From Octopus bimaculoides (Eukaryota), in NCBI RefSeq assembly GCF_001194135.2, contig NC_069001.1, positions 8,347,680 to 8,411,679 on the forward strand: a stretch of DNA of 64,000 nucleotides, in the 5' to 3' direction. Under the pieces are notes generated by a model. That model ran no database searches. It saw only the letters and a list, made by a program, of their open reading frames with translations, and was not told where the DNA came from. Shown one piece after another: positions 40,551 through 53,675 of this stretch (position 1 is the first letter of the stretch; each line of letters starts with the position of its first letter). A program made the translations under genes and the position numbers.

Positions 40551-43483
40551 GTATAAATTTCCATGCATGCTTCAGTTGATTCACCTGTGTGTTGTGCATG
40601 CTGTTTGTTGTCTTGCTGAATGCTGATTCTTGGTTCAAATCCCTGTTGTTCTTAATTCTATTATTATTTTGTTTACACATACCTTTGTTGGTTCCCGTTT
40701 TCACTTGATTTGATTTTGGTTTATTAGCTTTTTTGTTTATTTATTGATTTATGTTTATTTTTGATTTTCCACTTTAAAGATACATTAAGATATTAAGATT
40801 ATATTTACTACAAACCCCCTCACCCTCTCTCTCCTTCTTCACCATTGATGATGTTTAGACCCAATGCCCTTGTGCACATGCATGCACATGCACTAACATG
40901 CACCTTTGTTTCATCATCACTACACATCTGTTAATCAACTCTCTCTTTATCCCTCTCCTCTTCCTGCTCCTCCAGCCTTAAGCTTCCATATATCGACATC
41001 ATTCATATGCAGCCTAGGAGCTTAACTTTCAACCCATTTGATCCTTAATCCTGTGTTATCTTCTTGAAAACTCTACCTGTGAATTAAGTCTTAGACCTTA
41101 ATGAGTTAACTCTATGTACCAATCTGCATCTTTCTCTACATCAATGACTTACCTCCTGTAACTTCTAACACCACGTAATCATATGGAATTGATATTCTAC
41201 TTCAACCCCTTAATTTTCCATTCACAGGCACTATGCATTTGAAACTTAAATGCTTCACTCTTGTACAGGGAATATAAGAACAGTGATATTGAAAACTTCC
41301 TTCACTAGGAACATATTGAAAGCGTTTCTTTCATCAACACAAGAATATTCTTCTTGTTATGGCCATAGTGTGGTGGTGAAAAGATTGGTGGGAGAGCAAT
41401 GTGAATTCTTCTTTGTCCCATTCATGTAGCCAATTTTGAGAAAGAGCGGGGAGAGGCAGAAAGAAGAGGAGTAACTAATTCTGAAAAGATGAAAGGGCAG
41501 AAATGGCCTAGGCAAGATTGGAACTCAGATTTGTGTGCAGCAGAGAGCCTGAATAAATACTACCAGGCATTTGCGCCAATGCTTTTAACAGCATAGCAAT
41601 TTACTGCCACTGCACAAAGACAGAGTAAATATCAAGGAAACAGTTATGTATCGTACTCGATCTACTGCAAGTAACACACAGCTAAACCTTTTAAACTCAA
41701 TAAATGCTAAGTCTCACAAGCTCTATTGCTCTCTCATAATCCCCCCCCCCCCCNNNNNNNNNNNNNNNCCCCACACACACACACAAGGTGCACACACGCA
41801 ACACACACACACACACTCAATCATCATCATTTAACATCTGTGTTTCATGTTGCCATGGGTTAGGCTGCATCAGTGGGACCTGACTAGCCTGATGGCTGTG
41901 TTGGTCTCCAGTGTCTGCTTTGGCATGGTTTCTACAGCTGGATAACCTTCTTAACTCCTACCATTTTACAGAGTGTACTGAGTGCTTTTCTCAAGTCATC
42001 AGCACCTGTGGGATCACCAAGTAACTCTCATTAGACAAGAACTCTTTACAGAGTGGGGATGCGGTATTGAGGAAGGTGGCTTTGTGCCAGGTGTAGAGAA
42101 ACTAAGGTTGGAAAGGAAAGGGTCTTACTGTAGATGAGATGCATAGGTAATCTAGGAGAAAAGAGAGATGTGTAAAATATTGCCAAAACTTCATTGCAAA
42201 GGCTCAGACACTTCTTTAGGATCAGGAAATACTTCAGCTTTGATCATTTGCTGAATCCTAATAGAACCTATGTATGTCTTGAATTGGAGTATTGCTCATA
42301 TATTTAGTACAATGCTGCTTCTTTACATGTGTCTTTGAAGATATCCAAAAGAAAGCCATCTTCAACAACTAGCTCACAAATGCCTCATTTTTTTCTTTCT
42401 ACTTCTATCATGGCTATAACTGTCATTGCTCTTTAGAAGAAGCTGACAGCATATCTCCTCCTCTCCCTCCTTTATCCAGCCTGTTTGTACATGCTATCTT
42501 CCCTTCACATGTCACTCTCACTGTGCTTTATCTCCCAGATCTTCTACAGATCTCTTGGCCTCTGCAAATCCTTCCTTGCCTAGTTTTTTTTTTGTTACAG
42601 GCACCAATCTATGTTGAAGATGTCCAAACTGAATATAAACCACATAATTCACACCAGCTTGGAAGGACCTGCAGAAATCATAGAAACTCCCCTTTTTTCT
42701 TAACCAGCAGGCATAGAACTACTGATATCATTAATCAATAGTTCTGCTCAACCAGGGTTGTAGTAGCCTTATAAATATTAAGAATTTGTATATCGAGCTT
42801 TATTTTTCTCACCACTATAAAAATAGGGTGACATTTATGTTGTGGCAAGCAAGTACAGCTTCCAATTCCCAGAAGTAGCTGTCTCCCTCTTGAAGAGTAA
42901 GATAAGTGGGGAGAGAGAGAGATAGAGAACACTACTGCTGTTTAGTGTGTTTTATGAAAGGTGAGCATGAGCAGCAAAACTGATACAACTAAATGGGCTT
43001 ATTCTAATTACGTGACTATGAAAAGCTGGCAAGTAGCTAAGAGAGGGTACTGTTGATATATTTAAGCTGTCAGATGTTTATATCTTTTAGATGTGTGGGG
43101 TTTTCCCTTGACTTTTCCAAGGTATCTCTCGTTCTCATTGGGAACTTTTTCTTAGTGGCATTTTAATGTTATCTGTTGTTTTTTTTTGATTTTCACCTTT
43201 TTCATTACTTGAGATAACATAAGTCTATAGTTTTTATTATTTGTCTTCATATTCTCCCCCAACATCTCTGGCTTTTGTGGCCAATATAAGGGATGAAATA
43301 CTTGGCGGTATTTCATGCATTGTCATGTTCTGAGTTCAAATTCCACCGAGGTCAATTTTGCAATTTTGCCTTTCATCCTTTTGGGGTCTATTAAATAAGT
43401 ACCAGTTACATACTGGGGTCGATGTAATCAACATAATCCCTTCCCCCAAATTTCAGGCCTTGAATCTACAGTAGAAAGGATTA

Positions 43484-43520
<37 letters not shown>

Positions 43521-46500
43521 TTTATTTTTGCAAAACCCTTTGTATATCGTCTTGGTTGTCTTTTAATGTTTTGATTTATATTAGCCCTTGTGGCCAATAA
43601 AAGAATGAATTATTATTATTATTATTATCATTATTGTTATTATTATTATTACTGTGTTGTCCTGCATCTTGCATGCAAATCTGTTTTTATTTTTTATTCC
43701 ACTTCTTTTGTTGCGAATTTTATTTCTGTAACAGTCACTGTATGGTTAGTCTAAGTAACCTTCTGGAATGTACTATTGCTACTACCTTTTCCTTGTCTCA
43801 CAGTTTTTGTTTTCTTTCTTTCTTTCTTTTGTTTCTTTGCATTCAAACCTTACCTTTGTTTCCTTTGTTTCAATATTCATGTTTGTTTCTTTTGTTTTTG
43901 TTTCTATGATTTCAACCATTTAGCTTAGTTCTTGTTTTAAATACCACAGTTTCTTGTAAGTTTAACATCATTATCACCATCACCACTGTCACCACCTCAA
44001 CCCTCTTCCTCTTCATCATCATCATCATCACAGTGAAGTGACAGAATCATTAGAACATCAAACAAAATGCCTTGTAGTGTTTCTCCTGGTTCCTTACTTT
44101 CTGAGTTCATAAATCCTGTTCAGGCCTACTTCACCCTTCACCCCTCTGTGTGTTGGCACTCCGTCGCTTACGACGTCGAGGGTTCCAGTTGATCTGATCA
44201 CGGGAACAACCTGCTCGTGAAATTAACGTGCAAGTGGCTGGAGCACTCCACAGACACATGTACCCTTAAGGTAGTTCTCGGGGATATTCAGCGTGACACA
44301 GTGTGACAAGGCTGGCCCTTTGAATTACAGGCACAACAGAAACAAGAAGTAAGAGTGAGAGAAAGTTGTGGTGAAAGAGTACAGCAGGGTTCGCCACCAT
44401 CCCCTGCCGGAGCCTCATGGAGCTTTAGGTGTTTTTCGCTCAATAAACACTCACAATGCCCGGTTTGGGAATCAAAACTGCGATCCTATGACCATGCGTC
44501 CGCTGCCGTAACCACTGGGCCATTGCACCTCCACCATCCCTCTGTAGTCATTAAAATAAGATACCAACCAAGTACTGGGGTTGACGAAATTTGAAACCAT
44601 TATTATTATTATTATTATCTCAAATTAGCACAAGGCCACAAGCAATATATAAGAAAAGGATATAATGAATGGACAGGGCTCCAATATATGACCCGTACTT
44701 CTTTTATTGATTTATGATTTTCAAGTTAGAGACATCATTTTAACTTGAAACTTATAGCAGTCAAATTAATATGGCATGTGCACAGTGCAGCCTCTATATG
44801 GTCATTGGTCTGCTAGAAACAGCAGTGAAATCCCTATTGAATCATGTCCTGCTATTTTGAAATGAGACAGACACATTAGGTGATGATAGTCATAGATATG
44901 CAATGCCCAACAAATATGAGATGCTCATCAGTTTACTCCCGCTTTGATGATGATGATGATGATGATGAATTATCATTTGGTTGTTTTTGTTGTTCTATTT
45001 ATTGGGTAGTATATTATTTCATACTTTGTTTTACCCTCATTCCACCTCTTTGTGCACTTCTTTCTTAACCCTTTAGCATTTAAACCGACAATACCCAGCC
45101 CAAATATTCTACCTGTTTTATATTCAAACCAGCCTGATCCAGTCTCTTGCACCTGCCTTGCCATGTTATTCTGAAAGTAAACAATAACATCATTGAAACC
45201 CCAAAGCCACAAGATACTACTTGATTAGTTCAAAACAATATGAATAAATAAGTATACATTTGACAGAGTAATCTGAATGCTAAAGGGTTAATCTCCACTC
45301 TCTCATCTTTCCCTCTCACTTACTACACCTCTCTCTCTCTGTCTCTTTCTTTCATTATTTGGTTCCATCTTATATGTATGTGTATGTGTGTGTATGTGTG
45401 TGTGTCAAAGATAGAATTGCCTGTTGTCCATTTCAGCTTTCCTGTCATATATTTCACTTGTCTGCCTTTTTTTTTCTGGCTCTGTACCCCACATGTTACC
45501 TGTCACAGTGTTAATATGGTGCTTTAGCTCTCCATGTTCCCCTCATGAAGTCTGCCACACTCTTAGATTTTTACACACATTCTAAGCGCATAACAATTTG
45601 CTATTACTTCCCTTGGTCACATGATTAAATCACAATAAAATCAACATTTGTCATTACAATATCCTCTTTATACATATTCCATGTCAAACTTTACATTTCT
45701 TTCTTCCTGCCATCGGTACACAGATTCTCTGACTATTTGCCATTCACTAGGAGCTCCCTTCTAACCCTTAGTAAATCACATTAGCTTGCTTATTAAAATA
45801 TTTCACGACTTTTCCTTTAAGAAAATGCTTCTCATTATAACCAAGTCCTCTACCATCCTCAATATCTGCTTCTAGCTTCTGATAAACCATTGAACCATAT
45901 CCCCCATCTCCTTATTACTATCATACATGACCTTAATAGAGGAGCTTCTCTGTGGTCGTCTGACCTGCTAGAAATAGTAGCCCAATCTCCCTCAAACGAC
46001 ATCCTCCCATCTTAAAAAGTGAAAGGGTACACTTGATAATGTAGTCCTAGATGTGCTGTATCTGAAGAAAAAAAAAAAAAAAAGAGACGGAATAATCACC
46101 ACTGGAACATCTTTAGTTGCAGATCTGCTGTTTCAGGTATCACCCAGAGCTACACAGCAATAACAACATCAACAGCTAAAACTTGCCACAACTAATCTCT
46201 GTCTTCATCAGAGGTTTTTGTTTCCTCTTCTCCCAATTCCTATAGAAACTTCACTACCTAACATCTGCCCGAGGGTATACTTATTACCTACTATCCGCAT
46301 GTAGGTATTTTTGTTACTTGACATCTACATGTAGGTGTATTCTCATTGCCTGACAGCCTCCTGTAAGTATTTTCATTGTCTGACATTCGCACATAGGAAT
46401 TCTCATTGTCTGACAGCCATATTCTATCTCCAGTCAATAGCTAACATGTCTATGAAGAAACTGTTGGTATTAATGAGCGACTAATGCTTTTCTGCACAGA

Positions 46501-49393
46501 GATCCATCTTTTAACCACCTTTTAATTCACTGGAGTGTTGAGGAAACCCCTTTCTGTCATTCATCATGGGTGTTTTTGTGTGTGTTTTCAGGGAGAAGCA
46601 TATAGTTATAAAGAAGCTATTGCTCTTGGTGAATACCGAATTGATGAACAAGTCCCTAGTCGGGATCAACAGAGGAAGCCTGATAAGGTATGTAATGTAA
46701 TGATATGTTTGTCCTCTGTATGTCAACTTTAAGCTTTATATTGAAAGTTTACATATATGTGAAATAATGAGCTGTATAGTATATTGTTTAATTAATTTTG
46801 ATTGCTTCTTGCCATATGATCATCATTTCTTTCTAAACAGAGTATTTATAAGGTACGTATGTGTCCAAATGAAGAAATATATATAACACAAGTATAGAGG
46901 GTCTGAAGAGAGTTAAAGGGCACTTAAAATCATAATAGCCAACTTCCTGATCGTGTATTGTCGTAATCTAGATTCTAACTCAAAGTAATCATCACAACAT
47001 TGTCTTGTATATTTACATTTGCATATACGAGATTACATCATATACTGAGATATTCTTTGCCTGGATGTATTTGCACTGAAGACAGGCAATGAGAGCTACC
47101 ACTTGTCTGACAGGACACTTATTTGTAACTATTGTGGGAAGCATAAACAAAGAAGCAAGAACACTTCCGCACACACACACATGACAGACTTCTTTTAGTT
47201 TTTGTCTACCAAATCCATTGAAAAGGTCTTTGGTCAGCCTGAGGCTGTTGTAGAAGGCATTTGCTTAAAATTCCACTTGATGTGTATTGTATAATTGTAT
47301 GATTATTATTGGTTGATACTTCAATCATCACCACCTTCTGGTGTAACAGATTATTTATGAAATTTCTGTGCATCTAAATCAGAGAGTGTTTTGTGAATCT
47401 GAAGAGAGTCTAATGAGATTTAAAAAATCATAACAAGCCACATCTTAATTACATTTTTTCTTGCATTTAAGTTTTATTTAGATCAATCATCATTTAACAA
47501 CTTGAATATATTTATATACTCATGATATTTTATGTCTTTTACTGTATAGTGTATGATATAATTAATATCAGTTGATATTTATCAAACCATCACCACACTT
47601 TATATAACAAAGTCTTTAACATATCTATCATCATCATCATCATCATCGTTTAACGTCCGCTTTCCATGCTAGCATGGGTTGGACGATTTGACTGAGGACT
47701 GGTGAAACCGGATGGCAACACCAGGCTCCAGTCTGATTTGGCAGAGTTTCTACAGCTGGATGCCCTTCCTAACGCCAACCACTCAGAGAGTTACATTTAA
47801 TATTTATGAAGTGTTTATATACTAGATCATGCAGCAGGTATTGTGGGTTTGAAGAGTGTGCATGGAGATATGAAATCATAACAGTTCAATCCCTTAATAT
47901 GATCTCATTTAATCTTTGGTTTTATCCCAGAATAATCTTCTCAACAATATTATATATCCAATACTGGTTTAGGACATGAGTCTCAAAAGAATTAAATGGT
48001 TTTTATGTTTTCAATTTTTGTAATACCTTCTGGTATAATTTTTTAACAAGCTTTATATTGTTTAGGGCTTCATCAAGTCTAAATCAAGTACTGTGTGGTA
48101 ATGAACATATATATATTTCATGCTGTATGCAGTGATGAATGATAAAATGATGTTTTCAGTTGAAACTGTGCTAGCTATAGAATAAAGAATATCTGAAATC
48201 CTAGGGAGTTAAGTTTTGGTATAGAATGGTGCTCTTATAAGACGATTTCTAGGAAGGAGATTGCTAGATATAATCAGGGTTGATTGTAGGTGTAATGAAA
48301 GAGAAGAAATAAGATAGTCAGATGAGACTTTAGGGAGTGTAAAATTGAGGCTTCATATTGAACTGTAAAGAGGTTAGACCTCCAAAAATATGGATGACTT
48401 GTGTTTGAAGAAATAATCTTTAGATATCACTGACAAACAAACACCACGTCAATGTTATTGATTCTGTTAATTTAATTATTTACTCATTAATCTGTTTTAT
48501 TAATGAGACTATCAGTGCATTAAATTATGTACTTTCAATTTTAGCATATCCTTCAGGCAATTAGGTTTGAGTTATGTGAAAGAAGGTGTGGCCTTTGTGT
48601 ATGTGTGTTTAATAATTATTTAGATAAAATGTAAATAAATGGATCATATACAAGTTTGGGTCTCCAACCAGGTCTTTCACAATATCCTTAAAGCCAGGAA
48701 CTTCTCAGCACCCCCTTGTATACTGGTGAAAGTTTTAAACAAGTAAAAAAAAAAAACCCTACAAAAAGTCATGAGCACTACCTTTCCACCTCTAACTGAA
48801 TCATTAAAGAAAAAAAAAAGAGAAAGAGAGAAAGAACAACCTATTTCACTTTAGGTATTCAAGGGCCAGGTGAATGTATTAAATCATGTGGCAGATTAAT
48901 AATACATCCAAGAGCAGATTACATTTACCACCCAACCACTTAGATTTGTATGGCTTCTTATTTACCCTAATTGACTTGAAAGCCTTGGCTCACTTCAAGG
49001 CTATAGTAGAAGACATACAAGATGCCACTCAACAGTATCAAACCTTCTGCTTCTTTATGACAGTTAAGGCATGATTTAAGGAAGATTTGTCTGTTATTTT
49101 TAGCAGGCTGAGTAACTACATAGACACACACACACTCTCTCTTTCTCTCTCTCTCTCTCCAACTGGCGTAACTCTGCTGTTTCAGATTTGAAGTGGTGCT
49201 ATCTAAAGTTGCAATAATCCAATTGATAGGGATCAGATAGTCTGTCAGAACACCTGTTCTGGTGGCTGCGGAGGTAGATGGTCATTGATGTGTTCAAAAA
49301 GGGTCATTTAAAGTGGAGTGGAGATAGTTTATTGAAGGGAATAATGGGAAAATGGAAGAAATACTCTCTCTTCCTCTCTCTCTATGTATGTAT

Positions 49394-49432
<39 letters not shown>

Positions 49433-49640
49433 TTTATCTGCTACACCTGCTGAGAACATCAGTTCTAACTAATGAGTAGTTGTTTACAATCTTGTTATAA
49501 TTTTATTTTTGGCATAACTGTGCATATATGTAAATCGATGTATAATTTGTTCTGTTTGTGTGTGTGTGTGTAATTTTCACTGATTATGTGTCTGTGTGGT
49601 TCACTCTCTGTCTCTCTCTTAATACATGTTTGCACGCACG

Positions 49641-49675
<35 letters not shown>

Positions 49676-50899
49676 ATTTCAGGTAGTCTTTACAAAACCA
49701 CTAGTTGGATTTATTTGAGATATTTTTGTGTGTGTGCATGTGCATATATATATGTACCTGCACACACACACACACACACACACACACCCACATGCTTATT
49801 CATGTATAGATTTAAAAATACATATATGCATACAACAAATGCACAGACATATACAGACATATACTGAGAGAGAGAGAGAGAGAGAGTTGAGGAGCAGAGT
49901 TTGTTGAGTACAAAGTTTATTTGTTGATATTAGACTTCATGGAAATGTATATAATCTTTTATATCTTAATTTCAGTCTGCCAAAGTCACTGTTTATCAAA
50001 GTCTATTCCTATCCCNNNNNNNNNNNNNNNNNNNNNNNNNNNNNNNNNNNNNNNNNNNNNNNNNNNNNNNNNNNNNNNNNNNNNNNNNNNNNNNNNNNNN
50101 NNNNNNNNNNNNNNNNNNNNNNAAAAAAAAAAAAAAAAAAAAAAAACTAACACTGCACAAAATGCTATACCATTTCTCTTTACAGTGGAACTTTTCCTTC
50201 ACGATGGTGCAGAAAAATCAAGAGCTAGCTTATACTTTCTTTGCTAAAACCGATGACATGCGTAGTAAATGGATTGAAGCAATTTTACTGTCACTGTGAG
50301 TTCAAACTGCTACTGCTGTTCCTCCGTTTCCCTAATGGTTTAATTTTCTTTTCCTTTTTTTAAAAAACTTTAATAATTACTGACCTGGAGAGAATAAATG
50401 TGTGCGTGTATACGTTTGTGTGTGTGTGTGTATGATGATAGACTCTCACATTGGTTTTGCCATGTTGAGGATCCAACAACCTATTCAGTTTGTTTAGCTT
50501 GGATGTTCAAGTCAGGTATAACAGTTTTAGTCCCTGGATAATTCCAGATCCCAGATTTCTGGCTCTGCATAAGAAATGCTCTGCCCTCATCAGTGGAATA
50601 CACTCAGATAGCTCATAAATACAAATATACATATATATTTATATTTATGTGTTATCTGAGAGTATTCCATTGATGAAGGCAGACCCATCAAGCCAAGTGA
50701 AATCGTAGTTGTGGCCGATGCTGGTGTCGCATAACTGGCACCCATTACACTCTCAGAGCAGTTAACATTAGGAAGGGCATCCATCCATAGAGATCATGCC
50801 AAATCAGACTGGAGTCTGGTACAGCCCCTCAGCTTGCCAGCCCTGGTCAAACAGTCCAACCCATGTCAGCAATGACAACAGACATTAAATGATGATAAG

Positions 50900-50939
<40 letters not shown>

Positions 50940-53642
50940 ACTTGGAGCTGGTGAGACCATAGTCTAAATGGGGTCTCAGTACAGGTTTTGGAATGAGTGA
51001 ATGTTTTTAGGCCTCCATTGATCAATTCAAGTCATGTGGTTGTTTTTTCTATGATAGCTCCATCAGTTATTTTATTGTTAAGTTCATGTGGAGGAGCAGA
51101 CAGGATGCTGGCATCATTTGTCAGCATTCAACAGTATAGTATTTCAGTGACAACATTTATCACATTAGGTGGTAACTGATTTGAAAGTGTTAGGTTGCAT
51201 CTAAGTTTGCATGACTGACATGAATTTTAGTAGGTTGTGATAGCTACAGGCAGCAGAGATTATATAGTCTGTCATTGCATGTGGGCCAGCTAGGTCTTGA
51301 CTGCTGTACTGGCCTATTCAGGTTATCAGCAGCCGAGTCAATGACATCTAATTGTCTGGGGACTCCGCTAGAGTATCAGTCACCCAAATGATAAGAAATT
51401 CATATCTTGTCACTGATGCCGTCTTCTGTCTTTGGCTAAGACACTGAAATTTCTATAGGTGAGGATGGAGTGTATGAAGAGGTGACACAAAGACCTGCAC
51501 ATGTATTAGGTGTCATGTGTATATGGATGTCTATCTGCAAGTATGCATGAGTGGTTGGATGGATGGATGGATGGATGTGTGTGTGTGTGTGTGTTTGCAC
51601 GCATGCAAATGAATGCATGCATGCATGGATGGGTCTTTATAAGAATATATGTACATATGTATGTACATATGCTTAGATGACACTTACTATGTAACAGAGA
51701 CTAAGCCATTGAGGTCAATAAAAATAAACCCAGTAAAGATAGAAAAGATGAAACCAGTGTCTGAGATATTGCTCCATTGAGAGTTTGTAGCATTCTATAA
51801 GACAATCCATTTTTAAAAAATTTTTTGTCAATTGCAGTGATAATGTTCAACCAGCTGCAGGATCTAGCTATGTGATGCATACTTTTAGTAAACCTAAAGA
51901 ATGTGATGTGTGCGGTAAATTGTTGAGGTAAGTAATGAACCTCCTAACTTTAACCCTCAATTACCCATCAACTGTTCAAACAATTTTTGTCTTTATATAG
52001 TCATGCCTGGAATACTTTCAGTCACAGATCCTTTTCAATGACAGTTGACCCGATATTAAAATTTGTCATGCAATATCAAGTATTGGTAATTTTGGTGAAT
52101 TCTTCTAAATTGTTCTTTGAAATTCTCATTACAGAGGTGTGTTTTTCCAGGGTTACCAGTGTCAAGGTAAGTCCTAATTAAACTGTATTTTTGAACATTT
52201 TTACACTTTGTTTCTTTAATGCTCTTCTTTGCATCGGTGTGGTTGCCAACCATAAGTAGGTCTGGGGGTGTATGTGATAGTTAACTCTGGGTAAACAGTG
52301 TCACTTATGAAAACACAGGTTCAGTACTGAGGGAAAATTGAAAACACAATTTCTTTGTTGATGTTAGAGACCAACCACCTGCATTTTACCATGTATGTAT
52401 GTGTGTATTGCATGACCCAAGATTCATAGTCTTACAATAAAAAGACATGAGACAAAGGTTGTTCTCTTAATGACTTATGGCCTTTTGGTTGTGAGCCATG
52501 TTCTCTAAAGAGAATCATGACCCCAAAAATGATCTTTAGAACAAGACTAGGTATATACTATTATGTAGAATGAATTCTGTTGTTGTCATTAAAAATATTG
52601 TTTCAGTGAAATATTCATGTGAACCTCTATTTCTCTGTTTAGAAACAAAAAAAGCTGTTCACAAAGAATGTATTGGGAAAGAAAAGAATGGTAAGTTATT
52701 AAGTTTTCAAATCTCTGTCTCTCTCTGTACTTTATGTTAATATTATATCAATGTCATTTGAAAATAGTTAAGCATTATTTTGGAATTGAAAAGTATGTTA
52801 AATATCTGATTATTGTTGAAATAAAGGAATGTTCATTCCATACCAAATGTAATATATTCAGCTTAGCCTCACAAGACCCTGTGTTAGTGTTGTTATTTTA
52901 TTCAGCAATGTATGTGTTTTAAGGAAAGACGTGATCTGTGTATGTGTGTGTGTGTGAGGGATTGTTGTGTGTATGTGCTTGTTTTATTTTAACCATGATA
53001 TATTTGAACCCACACTTGTGTAATCGAAAAATGTTGAACAGATACATAAGTTGATGTGACCCTATGGTGGACGTGCAGTAGATAGTGATAGCAGGACGTT
53101 TGTAGTGTGGCTTTACCAACAAGATGTTTGTGCCACTTGATATCAAAAGACTATATTATCTCAGAATAATGTTTTGAGACAGAAAGAATGGAAACTTTTT
53201 TTTAATTGCTTGTTGGAAATCTGAGATATGTCTAGGAGTCAAGACGGAATGGTTAGAAAAGAATGAACTAAGAACAGTTACAGTGGATTGTAATCATATC
53301 TCGATCCAGGAATCAAACTCATTACCTCATGATTGTGAGCCCGACGCTCTAACCACCGAGCCACGTGCCTTCACAAATATACAATATTAGTATTGTGATT
53401 ATAGTGTATTGTAAAATATACAGCCAAAAGATTGGGTGTATATATAATACTGTAAATACACACTTTGAATATATATTTAGTAATCTCATTACCAACAGCA
53501 TATTTCAGGCATTTAAATTTAGACATTTTCCATTTTTTCACTGACAATAATTTTGTTCTATGCTTAAATATATCCATTCTTTTATTTCCTTTCAGTGCCT
53601 CCAATACCTCCAAGAACTAGTAAGTATCTTGTTTTGCCTTCC

Positions 53643-53675
<33 letters not shown>

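Noticed and set aside
42601-42720. Strong acceptor (T run + gttacag) in the long PH intron
   Set aside because: No plausible GT donor before the stop and no PH-like sequence; lies in probable decayed repeat.
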